From a virus, in IMG/VR virus record IMGVR_UViG_3300050498_000393: a stretch of 64,000 bases of DNA; one strand, written 5' to 3'. Positions 29,397 to 37,953 of the stretch are shown one piece after another. The notes below the pieces were generated by a model that did not search any database, was not told the DNA's origin, and saw only the letters and a list, made by a program, of their open reading frames with translations. Position 1 is the stretch's first letter, and every line of letters starts with the position of its first letter. The translations under genes were made by a program, and so were the position numbers.

Positions 29397-30383
29397 GTGC
29401 TGATCCTCGTGGAGGGACCGAACCTGGCCGGTAAGACGACGCTGGTGGATCGACTGGTCACCCAGCTCGCCGCCCGAGCCAGCGGCACGGTCACCCGACT
29501 GCACCGCGGCCCGATCGAGAACCGGCACCCGCTGGACGAATACGTGGTCCCCCTCCTGGACTATCACCCCGGGAGCGGGGACCACGTCGTCTGCGACCGC
29601 TGGCACGTCGGTGAGTCCGTGTACCCGTTCGTCTACCCGCGGCCGAGCAAGCTCGATCGTCCGACGTGGCTGTACATCACCGCGTTCCTCCGCGCACGCG
29701 GCGCCCTACTGGTGCATCGTACGGCGTTGCCCTCGGTGTTACGGAGGCGTCTACTCGAGCGTGGTGACGAGAACCTCGCGGTCAACTCGGATAACCTACG
29801 AGTTGAGAAGGACATCTTCGAGGTGATGTGTGCCGGTGGCTCGGCGACCGGTAACGTCGCCACCATGAGAATCGAAGGATCCGCTGACGAGGAGGTTCTG
29901 CGCAACATACGCGCCCGCGCACAGGTTCACGAGATAAGCGCGCGCAAGCTCGCCCCGTTCGTCACCTACGTCGGGCCGCCGAACCCGACCTTCCTGCTGT
30001 TCGGCGACGTGCGCGGTGGACCGAATCACCGACATCGCCACACCAACGACCCGGCGTTCGGTCCGTACCCCAACACCTCCGGGTACTACCTACTGCGTGC
30101 CCTCGACCTGCGAACGCCCAACTTAACCCAGATCGGTATCGCCAACGCGTGTGACGTGGACGATCCGGTCGATCTGTGGGAGACGCTCGGCCGTCCCCGG
30201 GTCGCGGCGCTGGGACGCAACGCGGCGCGTCTACTCCGCAAGCTCGACGCGTTTCCGTTCGGCGCGGCGCCCCATCCCCAGTTCATCAGGCGCTTTCACC
30301 ACGCGCATCACGTCGAGTACGGTCGCGTCGTGATGGAGGCCCTACTGACCGGAGAGAGTACGCCATCGTGGCAGCCCTACTGA
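29397..30383 (+). CDS. fusion of a P-loop (d)NMP-kinase-like domain with a uracil-DNA-glycosylase-superfamily domain
   Basis: N-terminal VEGPNLAGKTTL. The C-terminal FGDVRGGP..AFGPYPNTSGYYLLRAL..IANACDV..VAALGRNAARLL..APHPQFIRR follows family-4 UDG motif order. Confidence 0.7.
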   Translation: MLILVEGPNLAGKTTLVDRLVTQLAARASGTVTRLHRGPIENRHPLDEYVVPLLDYHPGSGDHVVCDRWHVGESVYPFVYPRPSKLDRPTWLYITAFLRARGALLVHRTALPSVLRRRLLERGDENLAVNSDNLRVEKDIFEVMCAGGSATGNVATMRIEGSADEEVLRNIRARAQVHEISARKLAPFVTYVGPPNPTFLLFGDVRGGPNHRHRHTNDPAFGPYPNTSGYYLLRALDLRTPNLTQIGIANACDVDDPVDLWETLGRPRVAALGRNAARLLRKLDAFPFGAAPHPQFIRRFHHAHHVEYGRVVMEALLTGESTPSWQPY

Positions 30384-31216
30384 CCTTCGAGAGTGGCCAG
30401 CACGCCTACCCCCACGTCGTCAACTGGGTGCTCGCGCACGGTCAGCCGCGCGGCGCGCGCGGCCTGCCGACGCTCGACTGCACACACGTGACCGTCGAAC
30501 TACTGTCACCGCTGAACGCGCTGCCGCTCAACTGCGGTCGCCGACTCAACCCGGCCATCGCCGCGTTGGAAGCCGCGCAACTGATCGGCGCGTTTTCGGA
30601 TCCCGAGCTCTGCGTCCGGATCGCACCCAACTTCCGGCGCTACCGCGAGGCAAGCGGCGTCTTCCACGGTGCGTACGGTCGACGCATCGGCGCCCAGCTG
30701 TCCGCCGCGATCACCAAGATCAAGAAGGATTCCGACACCCGGCAGGCGGTCATCTCGCTGTGGGATCCGTGGTTGGACAACCAGCCGGGAAAGCTGGACT
30801 ACCCGTGCACGATCGCACTTCGCCTGTCGCTCAACCCGGACGGCCGGCTCGACGTGGACGTGCTGATGCGCTCCAACGACGTTTGGCTCGGCACCCCGTA
30901 CGACTGGTTCCAGTTCACGCAGCTGCAGCTGACCGCGGCCCACGCGCTGGACGTCGAGCCGGGCACGTACCGACACACGGCGTGGTCCCTACACCTCTAC
31001 CGCGAGAACGAGGAGGCGGCGTGGAACGTGCACGCGTTTACCTCGCGAACGAGCCAGCCGCGCGGTATCGGTATTCGCGGCGAGGACGTCGACTCGATCG
31101 TGAGACGAGCGCGACGCTTTCACCTTAACGGTGAGGTTACCGACCGTGAGGCCGAGATGTGGACCAATTCAGAGAGGTGGTACCGTGAACGACTCAAGCC
31201 GCCCGTCGTGGGATGA
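30368..31216 (+). CDS. thymidylate-synthase-family enzyme, predicted deoxycytidylate hydroxymethylase/methylase
   Basis: RQAVISLWDP, DYPC147, RSNDVWLGTPYD179WFQF and SLHLYREN align with the ThyA motifs. Asp replaces the uracil-specifying Asn. GTG at 30368. Confidence 0.7.
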   Translation: MAALLTFESGQHAYPHVVNWVLAHGQPRGARGLPTLDCTHVTVELLSPLNALPLNCGRRLNPAIAALEAAQLIGAFSDPELCVRIAPNFRRYREASGVFHGAYGRRIGAQLSAAITKIKKDSDTRQAVISLWDPWLDNQPGKLDYPCTIALRLSLNPDGRLDVDVLMRSNDVWLGTPYDWFQFTQLQLTAAHALDVEPGTYRHTAWSLHLYRENEEAAWNVHAFTSRTSQPRGIGIRGEDVDSIVRRARRFHLNGEVTDREAEMWTNSERWYRERLKPPVVG

Positions 31217-31739
31217 GACGTGGATCAACGTCGCCCGCGTCGTTGCCCACCGCTCGCTCTGCGAGCGCGATAAGATCGGTGCGGTGATTGTCGACCCGCG
31301 CATGCGCATCGTCGCGACCGGGTACAACGGCCCGCCGTCCGGCTTCACCCTACCCGACCGGTTGACCGCCAACCGGCCGTGCGCCGAGTGGTGTCCACGG
31401 TCTGCCACGGCCGATTGGATAGCCGGAAAACCGCCGTATGAGAACGGTGAGGACTTTCCTAAGTGGGCCAACGCCGGCTTTCACGGACCGCATCCCGACT
31501 ACTCCGACTGCCCGTCACTCCACGCCGAGGCCAACGCGCTGTCGGTGTGTGAACGTTTCGTGCGCGAGAACGGCACGATCTACGTCACCGGAGACATCTG
31601 CTTCGGATGCGCTAAGTTAATTGCGAACTCTGGCCTGGCACGCGTCGTCATCGACGGCGTCCGACCGGCGATCCACCGCAACCCGGCGCGGTCGCGCGAG
31701 TTTCTGGTGACCTGCGGCCTCGCGGTGGTGGTAGTGTGA
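31185..31739 (+). CDS. dCMP deaminase (CDA fold)
   Basis: RPSWDETWINVARVVAHRSLC..KIGAVIVD, LHAEANAL and ICFGCAKLI zinc motifs. A ~45-aa insert lies between them. GTG at 31185 with an AGAGAGGTGG SD. Confidence 0.75.
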   Translation: MNDSSRPSWDETWINVARVVAHRSLCERDKIGAVIVDPRMRIVATGYNGPPSGFTLPDRLTANRPCAEWCPRSATADWIAGKPPYENGEDFPKWANAGFHGPHPDYSDCPSLHAEANALSVCERFVRENGTIYVTGDICFGCAKLIANSGLARVVIDGVRPAIHRNPARSREFLVTCGLAVVVV

Positions 31740-33508
31740 GCCTCGATGACGTACAACTTCACCGCATCGAGACACCCGACGACGTCGCCGCGTTCCAACG
31801 ATGGCTCGGCGAGCGCCGGCCGGTGCACGCGCTCGGCTATGACACCGAGACGACCGGGCTCGACGTCCACAACGACGACGTGCGTCTGATCCAGTTCGGG
31901 GACGGCGAACACGGTTGGGCGATGGATCGCGAGGACTGGTTGGGTCTGGCACGCTGGGTGTTCAAGGTGTGGGACGGTCGGTACATCATCCACAACGCGC
32001 TGTTTGACGTGCCGATCACCGCGGCGTCGTGCGGCATCGACATACCCCGCGAGCGGGTGGACGACACACTGGTCACCTCCCGGATCAACGAACCGCACTA
32101 CTCGGCGGCGCTCAAGAATCAGGCCGAGCGTCACGTAGATCCGGCGGCGGCCGGTCTGGCGTACGTCCTGGCAGACACCTCGTGGACCTGGGAGACGGTC
32201 CCGACTGACTACCCGCCGTACTGGCAGTACGGCGCGTTAGACCCGGTGCTCGCCTATCACCTGTGGCTCCACCACGGCCCGATCGTCCAGCGGGAGGCCC
32301 CCGCGTCATACGACCTCGAGCTGTCGGTGCTCTGGGTGCTCGAGCGTATGATGCGCAACGGCGTGCACGTCGATCGCGCGCTCGCCGCGCGTAAGCAGAC
32401 CGACTTCGAGAGTTACTGTGAGGACGTCGCCGTGTGGTGCCAGACGAACTATCGGGTCAAGCCCGGCAGCAACGATGCGGTCATCGCGGTGTTGCGCGCG
32501 GCCGGCCACGAGTTCACCAAGCTGACGAAGAGCGGTCGGCGGGAGGCCCTGGACAGCGACGTTCTCGAGGGAATCGCTCACCCGTTGGCACGCGCGGTGC
32601 TGACGCGGCGCCAACTGCAGAAGATCGCCTCAACGTACCTGCGTGCGTTCGTCGAACTCACCGACGAAAACGACATCATTCATCCCGGCATCAACCCGCA
32701 GGGCGCGCTGACGTCACGCATGTCGATGGAGAATCCCAACCTCCAAAACCTGCCGGTGCGCGGTACCAACCCCGGCGGCGAGGTGGTGCGACGATGCGTC
32801 GACTCGCGGTACGGACCGGACGGCCGACTGGTGCTGTGTGACTTCGACCAGGTCGAGATGCGTTTGCTCGCGCATCTCTCGCAGGACGACGGTCTCATTC
32901 AAGCGTTTCACTCGGACGGTGACTTCTTCGTCAACCTGGCGCGCCAGATCTTCGACGACCCGACGATCGTCAAGGGTGACACCCGTCGGCAAGTCACCAA
33001 GAATGCCAGCTACGCCAACGCGTACGGCGCCGGGATCCACAAGTTTGCGCTCACCGCCGGGATCACCGACCAGCAGGCGAGCGACTTCATGACTCGCTAC
33101 CGCAGTATGTACCCAGGTGTGCCACGACTGCAACAGACCGTGCAGCGTGTCGCGAGCCAGCGGCTCGCCGAAGAGGGAGTGCCATACGTTCGCTCGCCGG
33201 TGACCCATCGACGCTGGGCGAGTGACCCTAAGAAGACCTACGCGCTGGTGAACTACCTCATTCAAGGGGTCGCCGCCGAGGTCTTCAAGCAGAAGTTGCT
33301 GCAGCTGGACGCGATGGGCCTCGGCGAGTACATGTGTATTCCGGTGCACGACGAGGTGATCCTCGACGTGCCGCTTGCGGAGGTGCCCGAGGTGGCGAAG
33401 ATGGTTCGTGAGGGCATGACCGACGAGACCTCATTCGCCGTGCCGATCACCGCGGGCGTTGCCACCGGTACCAACTGGCGTGACAAGGAGGAGTGGTTCG
33501 GTGAGTAA
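31736..33508 (+). CDS. family A DNA polymerase with 3'-5' exonuclease domain
   Basis: Exo motif YDTETTGL. Pol motifs DFDQVEMRLLAH, RRQVTKNASYANAYGAG and IPVHDEVILD. Confidence 0.9.
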   Translation: MSLDDVQLHRIETPDDVAAFQRWLGERRPVHALGYDTETTGLDVHNDDVRLIQFGDGEHGWAMDREDWLGLARWVFKVWDGRYIIHNALFDVPITAASCGIDIPRERVDDTLVTSRINEPHYSAALKNQAERHVDPAAAGLAYVLADTSWTWETVPTDYPPYWQYGALDPVLAYHLWLHHGPIVQREAPASYDLELSVLWVLERMMRNGVHVDRALAARKQTDFESYCEDVAVWCQTNYRVKPGSNDAVIAVLRAAGHEFTKLTKSGRREALDSDVLEGIAHPLARAVLTRRQLQKIASTYLRAFVELTDENDIIHPGINPQGALTSRMSMENPNLQNLPVRGTNPGGEVVRRCVDSRYGPDGRLVLCDFDQVEMRLLAHLSQDDGLIQAFHSDGDFFVNLARQIFDDPTIVKGDTRRQVTKNASYANAYGAGIHKFALTAGITDQQASDFMTRYRSMYPGVPRLQQTVQRVASQRLAEEGVPYVRSPVTHRRWASDPKKTYALVNYLIQGVAAEVFKQKLLQLDAMGLGEYMCIPVHDEVILDVPLAEVPEVAKMVREGMTDETSFAVPITAGVATGTNWRDKEEWFGE

Positions 33509-33620
33509 TGAGAGACCACCGTCCGCCGCACGGTTCGTCGCCGGGCTGATCATACTCGCGGTCGTGCTGATCTGGGGCGTGATCGCCGGTTGGTTCGACG
33601 GCTGCGGGGTGCGACCGTGA
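33501..33620 (+). CDS. tiny membrane protein (39 aa)
   Basis: Hand-found ORF, VSNERPPSAARFVAGLIILAVVLIWGVIAGWFDGCGVRP. Overlaps the PolA stop and the next start. Confidence 0.4.
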   Translation: MSNERPPSAARFVAGLIILAVVLIWGVIAGWFDGCGVRP

Positions 33621-34105
33621 CGGCGCTGTTGTTCATCGGCGTAGATCCGGGCAAGGAGTCGGGTCTGGCGTCGATTCGTTGGAACGCCGTCGAGGATCGC
33701 TGGGATCGGTATGAGACTCGCGTCCTCGACGCCCAGGCCCTCTGCGACACGGTGTGGTCGACACTCAACGGCATCGCGTGGACGACCCACATCTCGGTTG
33801 AACGCTTCACCATGTCTGGTCGCACGAGTCACATGACTCGCCAGAACGATGCCATCGAGGTGATCGGTGCACTACGTTGGATGTCCACGCGGTGGCGTAA
33901 CAAGGTGACGTTCCGGGTACGCGGGGCCGCCGAGGCGACCAAGACCGGCAACCACGACGTGCAGCGTGCGGCGGGCCTGTGGCGCGTCGGCGTCACCGAT
34001 CACGAACGTCGCGCCACCGCCCAATTGCTCACCGGGATCAGCCAGCGCACGCCCCACCTGTTCGTCGAGCTCACACGTGGTGGTAAAATCGACGCCGATA
34101 CGTAG
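33617..34105 (+). CDS. RuvC-like Holliday junction resolvase
   Basis: LFIGVDPGKESG catalytic motif and a typical size. GTGA overlap start. Confidence 0.65.
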   Translation: MTALLFIGVDPGKESGLASIRWNAVEDRWDRYETRVLDAQALCDTVWSTLNGIAWTTHISVERFTMSGRTSHMTRQNDAIEVIGALRWMSTRWRNKVTFRVRGAAEATKTGNHDVQRAAGLWRVGVTDHERRATAQLLTGISQRTPHLFVELTRGGKIDADT

Positions 34106-34127
34106 ACCGAGAGATGAGGAGATCGAG
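34081..34127 (+). promoter_or_regulatory. extended -10 (TGGTAAAAT) plus CGTAGACCGAGAG leader
   Basis: TGGTAAAATCGACGCCGATACGTAGACCGAGAGATGAGGAGATCGAG-GTG. Lies inside the 3' end of the resolvase gene. Confidence 0.4.
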
Positions 34128-34430
34128 GTGCTCGCCCCACTACTAGGAATCACCGCCGTGTTCGCCGTGTTGATCGGCGGGCTCTACACGCTCGCCCGTT
34201 GGGGACGCCACGTTCGTGATCACGACGAGATGGGCGTCGACACGGGTGAGACGTTCGCCGCGCTGGCCGAATTCGATCCCGCGTGGGAGCTCGACCGGGT
34301 GCACCGTGCGTGTCTCGTGGGCCTGGACGACGTGCTCATGAAGGCGCTTCACCAGCTACTACCCGCGCCGACCGAGCGCGACTGGTTCTTCGTGAACACC
34401 GGCGAGTACGCGTTGGTCGGTGTGACGTGA
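34128..34430 (+). CDS. membrane-anchored hypothetical protein (100 aa)
   Basis: GTG with a GAGGAG SD. N-terminal TM segment LLGITAVFAVLIGGLYTLA. Confidence 0.55.
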   Translation: MLAPLLGITAVFAVLIGGLYTLARWGRHVRDHDEMGVDTGETFAALAEFDPAWELDRVHRACLVGLDDVLMKALHQLLPAPTERDWFFVNTGEYALVGVT

Positions 34431-34606
34431 ACCTTCCATCACCCGACGAAGCTTCTTTGACTGAGTTGCTCTCTAAAGTATTAGGGTTAGCTAATGAGCG
34501 GGTGACTACTCAACTTAGTCAGCAAGAGCTTGAGTATCGACGCGAGCAGCTCAAGGAGAAATCGTTCGGTGGTGATGATGAGTTATGCCCACCGCCGAGC
34601 GGGTAG
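34427..34606 (+). CDS. small coiled-coil protein (59 aa) with atypical codon usage
   Basis: GTGA overlap start. Runs of A/T-ending codons (TCT TTG ACT GAG TTG CTC TCT AAA GTA TTA GGG TTA GCT AAT), unlike its neighbours. Confidence 0.45.
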   Translation: MNLPSPDEASLTELLSKVLGLANERVTTQLSQQELEYRREQLKEKSFGGDDELCPPPSG

Positions 34607-36459
34607 GTGACCGGATCTACGTGCAGACGATCTGGTCCGAGAAGGATCAGATGTCACGGCTACCAGGCGCGAACTGGAACAACGGCGAGCGCCGCTGGAT
34701 GATGCCGCTGTCGTGGGCCGCTTGCCTGCAGTTGCGAGGCACATTCGGCGACCGGCTGAACGTCGACCCCGCGCTCGCCGAGTGGTCGTGGACCGAGTAC
34801 AACGACCGCATCAAGCCGGCGCTGGAGCACCGCGAGTTGCTCGACTTCCCCGAACCGCTCGACTTCGGCCTCGATCCCCGCCTCTACCCATTCCAGCGTG
34901 CCGGCGTCGAGTGGATGACCTACTCGGGCAGCGGCCTGCTCGGCGATGACATGGGTTCGGGTAAGACCGTCCAGATGCTCGAATTCATTCGCGTCATGGA
35001 GTCGCTACCCGCGTTGATCATCCCGCCGAACGGCGTCGTGTTCAACTGGGCCCGCGAGTGCCGGACCTGGTTGCCCGGCGCGACACCCTACGCGCTGACC
35101 GGCTCGGTCAACGAGAAGCGCAAACTCCTCGAGACGGCGCGCAACGACCCAACCGCCCTCGTGATTACGAACATCGAGTCGGTGCGACTACTGTCGCGTC
35201 TCGCGCCGTACGGTTCGCTACGCCTCGCGCGGTGCCGCGAGTGTGACCCGTGTCACGGTGAGGAGACGTTGACCGCGTCCCGGTGCGAGGTGCATCCAAA
35301 GCCGCTCAACTCATTCCCCTTCGTGACGGTGGTTGTGGACGAGGCACACCGGATCCGCCACCCGAACTCAAAGCAGACGCGCGCCGTGTGGTCCGTGTCA
35401 CGCAATGAGGCCGTGCGGTACCGTTGGGCGCTGACCGGCACACCCATCGCGAACCACGTCGGTGACCTATGGTCGATCATGCACTTCGTCGCGCCACACG
35501 AGTACCCGGTGAGGGGCGGGTTCATTGACCGGTACGCCCAGACGTCGTGGAACCGATTCGGCGGCCTCGACATCACCGGCGTCAACCCACTGACCAAGGA
35601 CGAGTTCTTTCGCATCTTCGATCCTCGGTTTCGCCGCATGCCTAAGAAGCTCGTGCTGCCGCAGCTGCCGCCGCGTGTGCTGGTCACACGGTACGTGCAG
35701 ATGTCACCTAAGCAGCGCAAGGCCTACCGGGAGCTCGAGAGTAACCTCGTCACGGTCATGGACGACGGCCAGGTTCTGGTCGCGCCGAACAACCTCGTCG
35801 GCCAGACGCGGCTGCTACAGCTGGCCGCGACGTACTGTGACGTCGAGTGGGTGCCCGATCCGAAACCCGACGACCCCGACAACGTGAAGTGCGTCGTCAC
35901 GGCGCTGCGAGAACCGTCACCTAAGATCGACGAGTTGCTGGTGGTGCTCGAGGAGCTGGGTGACCGACCGGTCGTCGTGGCCGCCGAGTCGCGCCGGTTG
36001 ATCGAGCTCGCCGCGGCGCGCCTCGAGAAGGTCGGCGTGCCGCACGAGCTGATCACCGGCGCACAGTCGCAGTGGGAGCGAGATCGGGCGCTCGATCTGT
36101 TTCAACGCGGTGAGACGCGGGTGCTGCTGGTCACGATCGGTGCCGGTGGCGAGGGACTGTCCATGACCGCAGCCGACACGATGATCTACCTGCAACGGTC
36201 GTTTAAGATGATCGGTAACGCGCAGATGGACGCACGAATCGACCGACCCGGCGCCGAGAAACACATGTCTCTCACGTACATTGACATCGTCACCGAGGAC
36301 ACCGTCGAGGTCACCAAGTTGATCCCACGACTGCGGGAGAAGCAGCATCGTCTCGAGGAGATCGTGCGTGACCGTGACCGACTACGTAGACTCGGCAGGT
36401 CGACCGACAACCTGGACGCCGAAGAACTTGAGATCATGGGTTCGAACCTAGGGTGGTGA
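34585..36459 (+). CDS. SNF2-family helicase
   Basis: DDMGSGKT, VVVDEAHRIRH and the C-terminal helicase lobe (GGEGLSMTAADTMIYLQRSF). Confidence 0.85.
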   Translation: MPTAERVGDRIYVQTIWSEKDQMSRLPGANWNNGERRWMMPLSWAACLQLRGTFGDRLNVDPALAEWSWTEYNDRIKPALEHRELLDFPEPLDFGLDPRLYPFQRAGVEWMTYSGSGLLGDDMGSGKTVQMLEFIRVMESLPALIIPPNGVVFNWARECRTWLPGATPYALTGSVNEKRKLLETARNDPTALVITNIESVRLLSRLAPYGSLRLARCRECDPCHGEETLTASRCEVHPKPLNSFPFVTVVVDEAHRIRHPNSKQTRAVWSVSRNEAVRYRWALTGTPIANHVGDLWSIMHFVAPHEYPVRGGFIDRYAQTSWNRFGGLDITGVNPLTKDEFFRIFDPRFRRMPKKLVLPQLPPRVLVTRYVQMSPKQRKAYRELESNLVTVMDDGQVLVAPNNLVGQTRLLQLAATYCDVEWVPDPKPDDPDNVKCVVTALREPSPKIDELLVVLEELGDRPVVVAAESRRLIELAAARLEKVGVPHELITGAQSQWERDRALDLFQRGETRVLLVTIGAGGEGLSMTAADTMIYLQRSFKMIGNAQMDARIDRPGAEKHMSLTYIDIVTEDTVEVTKLIPRLREKQHRLEEIVRDRDRLRRLGRSTDNLDAEELEIMGSNLGW

Positions 36460-36463
36460 TAGA

Positions 36464-36595
36464 GTGACCTGGCCGGAGGCGGTATTTTACAGCTCACTGA
36501 TCGGCTGTGGAAGCCTCGTGGTACTCGCGGTTCTCATAACGATCACCGCGATCTACGCGGCACGCGTTGAGAATCGTAGAAAGGCATCACGATGA
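36464..36595 (+). CDS. tiny membrane protein (43 aa)
   Basis: Hand-found ORF, VTWPEAVFYSSLIGCGSLVVLAVLITITAIYAARVENRRKASR. ATGA junction with the next gene. Confidence 0.4.
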   Translation: MTWPEAVFYSSLIGCGSLVVLAVLITITAIYAARVENRRKASR

Positions 36596-37953
36596 GTGAA
36601 CCTACCACGCAAGAGATCATACTCGCGGCACGCCGGACGATGAGTCGACGCGCCATTGCCGAGATCACCGGCCTCACCGAGGGAAAGATCTGGCGCATCG
36701 AGACGAAGGGAACGTGTAGTGACGAGGAGGCCGTCGCCGTTCGACGACTGGTGGCACCTGCTGGTGAGACTCCTGCTGAGTCTTCGTCACCGGAGGTTCC
36801 TCCCGTAGCGTTTCAGGCACCCGAGACGCCGGCCGAGCCTCCGCCCCCGCCACCCGAGCCACCGCTCGCGACGGAACCAACACCGGCGCTGGTCGAACCC
36901 GTTCAGGATGAGGTGGTGCCCCCTTTCAGGGTGCCGTCGGGCGCATCAGAGGCGGCCGTTACGGCCGTGCAGCTGCCCGACTTCGCCGACGGACGCAGGC
37001 GGATCAGCAACAGTGAACTGAGCACGTTTCGGCGCTGTAGGCGTAAGTGGTGGTTGACGTATCACCGTGGCCTGCGCCCAAAGAGTGAGTACCCGATCGG
37101 CGCACGCGCCGTCGGTGACCGGGGTCACCGCGCGCTGCGTCGCTACTACGTCGCCGATCCGAGCCAGCGCACCGACCCGCGCGACGCCCTCGAGCGAGAG
37201 ATTCACGCGGACTGGTCCAAGTTGTGGCTTCACTTCCGACTGCTCGGCTTCGACGAGCCGCCCGCCGAGGACGTCAAGCTGTTCAAGCGAAGCGTCGACC
37301 TCGAGCGCGTCATCATCGACGGCTACGTGCAGTGGCTGGCCGAGACGGGCGCGGACTCACAGCTGACCGTGGTATCATCCGAGACGTACGTCGAGGCCGA
37401 GTTGCCCGATACCAATGTGCTGCTGATCGGCAAGTTGGACGTGCGCCTTCGTCGCGCCTATGACCGGGCGATCCTGTTCGCGGACCACAAGTTCGTCGGT
37501 TCGATACCCCAGGCCGTTCGTCTGCTGCCGATGAACTCGCAGATGAAGCTGTACGTGTGGCTGGAGTGGCAAAACGCCGGCGACGGCGAGCGGGTCGTCG
37601 GCGCGCTCTACAACATGCTCCGGCGCGTCAAGCGCACCGCCACGGCCACACCGCCGTTCTACGAGCGCGTCGAGCAACACCACAACCCACAGGAGATCAC
37701 CAACTTCGAGCTGACCACGCGCGGCACGGTCGTACAGATCCAGACGGCGGAAACGTACCTCAACGAACCCAACTTCGGGTTTACGACACACGAGGTCGCG
37801 TACCCAAGTCCAACTCCCGACTGCGCGTGGGATTGTCCGTTCGTGCAGGTGTGTCCGATGTTCGACGACGGTTCACGCGTGGAGGATGCGCTGCAGGCCC
37901 ACTTCATCGCCGGCGATCCCTACGACTACTACCGAAGGGAACTCGTCACGTGA
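36592..37953 (+). CDS. PD-(D/E)xK exonuclease, Cas4/RecB-like, with N-terminal HTH-like and Pro-rich linker
   Basis: GKLD..FADHKF (D..DxK), QMKLY (QxxxY). N-terminal Cys (FRRCRRKWW) plus C-terminal CAWDCPFVQVC cluster. Confidence 0.7.
   Translation: MSEPTTQEIILAARRTMSRRAIAEITGLTEGKIWRIETKGTCSDEEAVAVRRLVAPAGETPAESSSPEVPPVAFQAPETPAEPPPPPPEPPLATEPTPALVEPVQDEVVPPFRVPSGASEAAVTAVQLPDFADGRRRISNSELSTFRRCRRKWWLTYHRGLRPKSEYPIGARAVGDRGHRALRRYYVADPSQRTDPRDALEREIHADWSKLWLHFRLLGFDEPPAEDVKLFKRSVDLERVIIDGYVQWLAETGADSQLTVVSSETYVEAELPDTNVLLIGKLDVRLRRAYDRAILFADHKFVGSIPQAVRLLPMNSQMKLYVWLEWQNAGDGERVVGALYNMLRRVKRTATATPPFYERVEQHHNPQEITNFELTTRGTVVQIQTAETYLNEPNFGFTTHEVAYPSPTPDCAWDCPFVQVCPMFDDGSRVEDALQAHFIAGDPYDYYRRELVT

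Noticed and set aside
29209-29403. 64-aa plus-strand ORF (MAREQAVPVSTRRL...).
   Set aside because: It has an Arg-rich composition. The alternative frame gives a 57-aa Cys/His-rich ORF with a GTGA overlap start that fits the operon packing.
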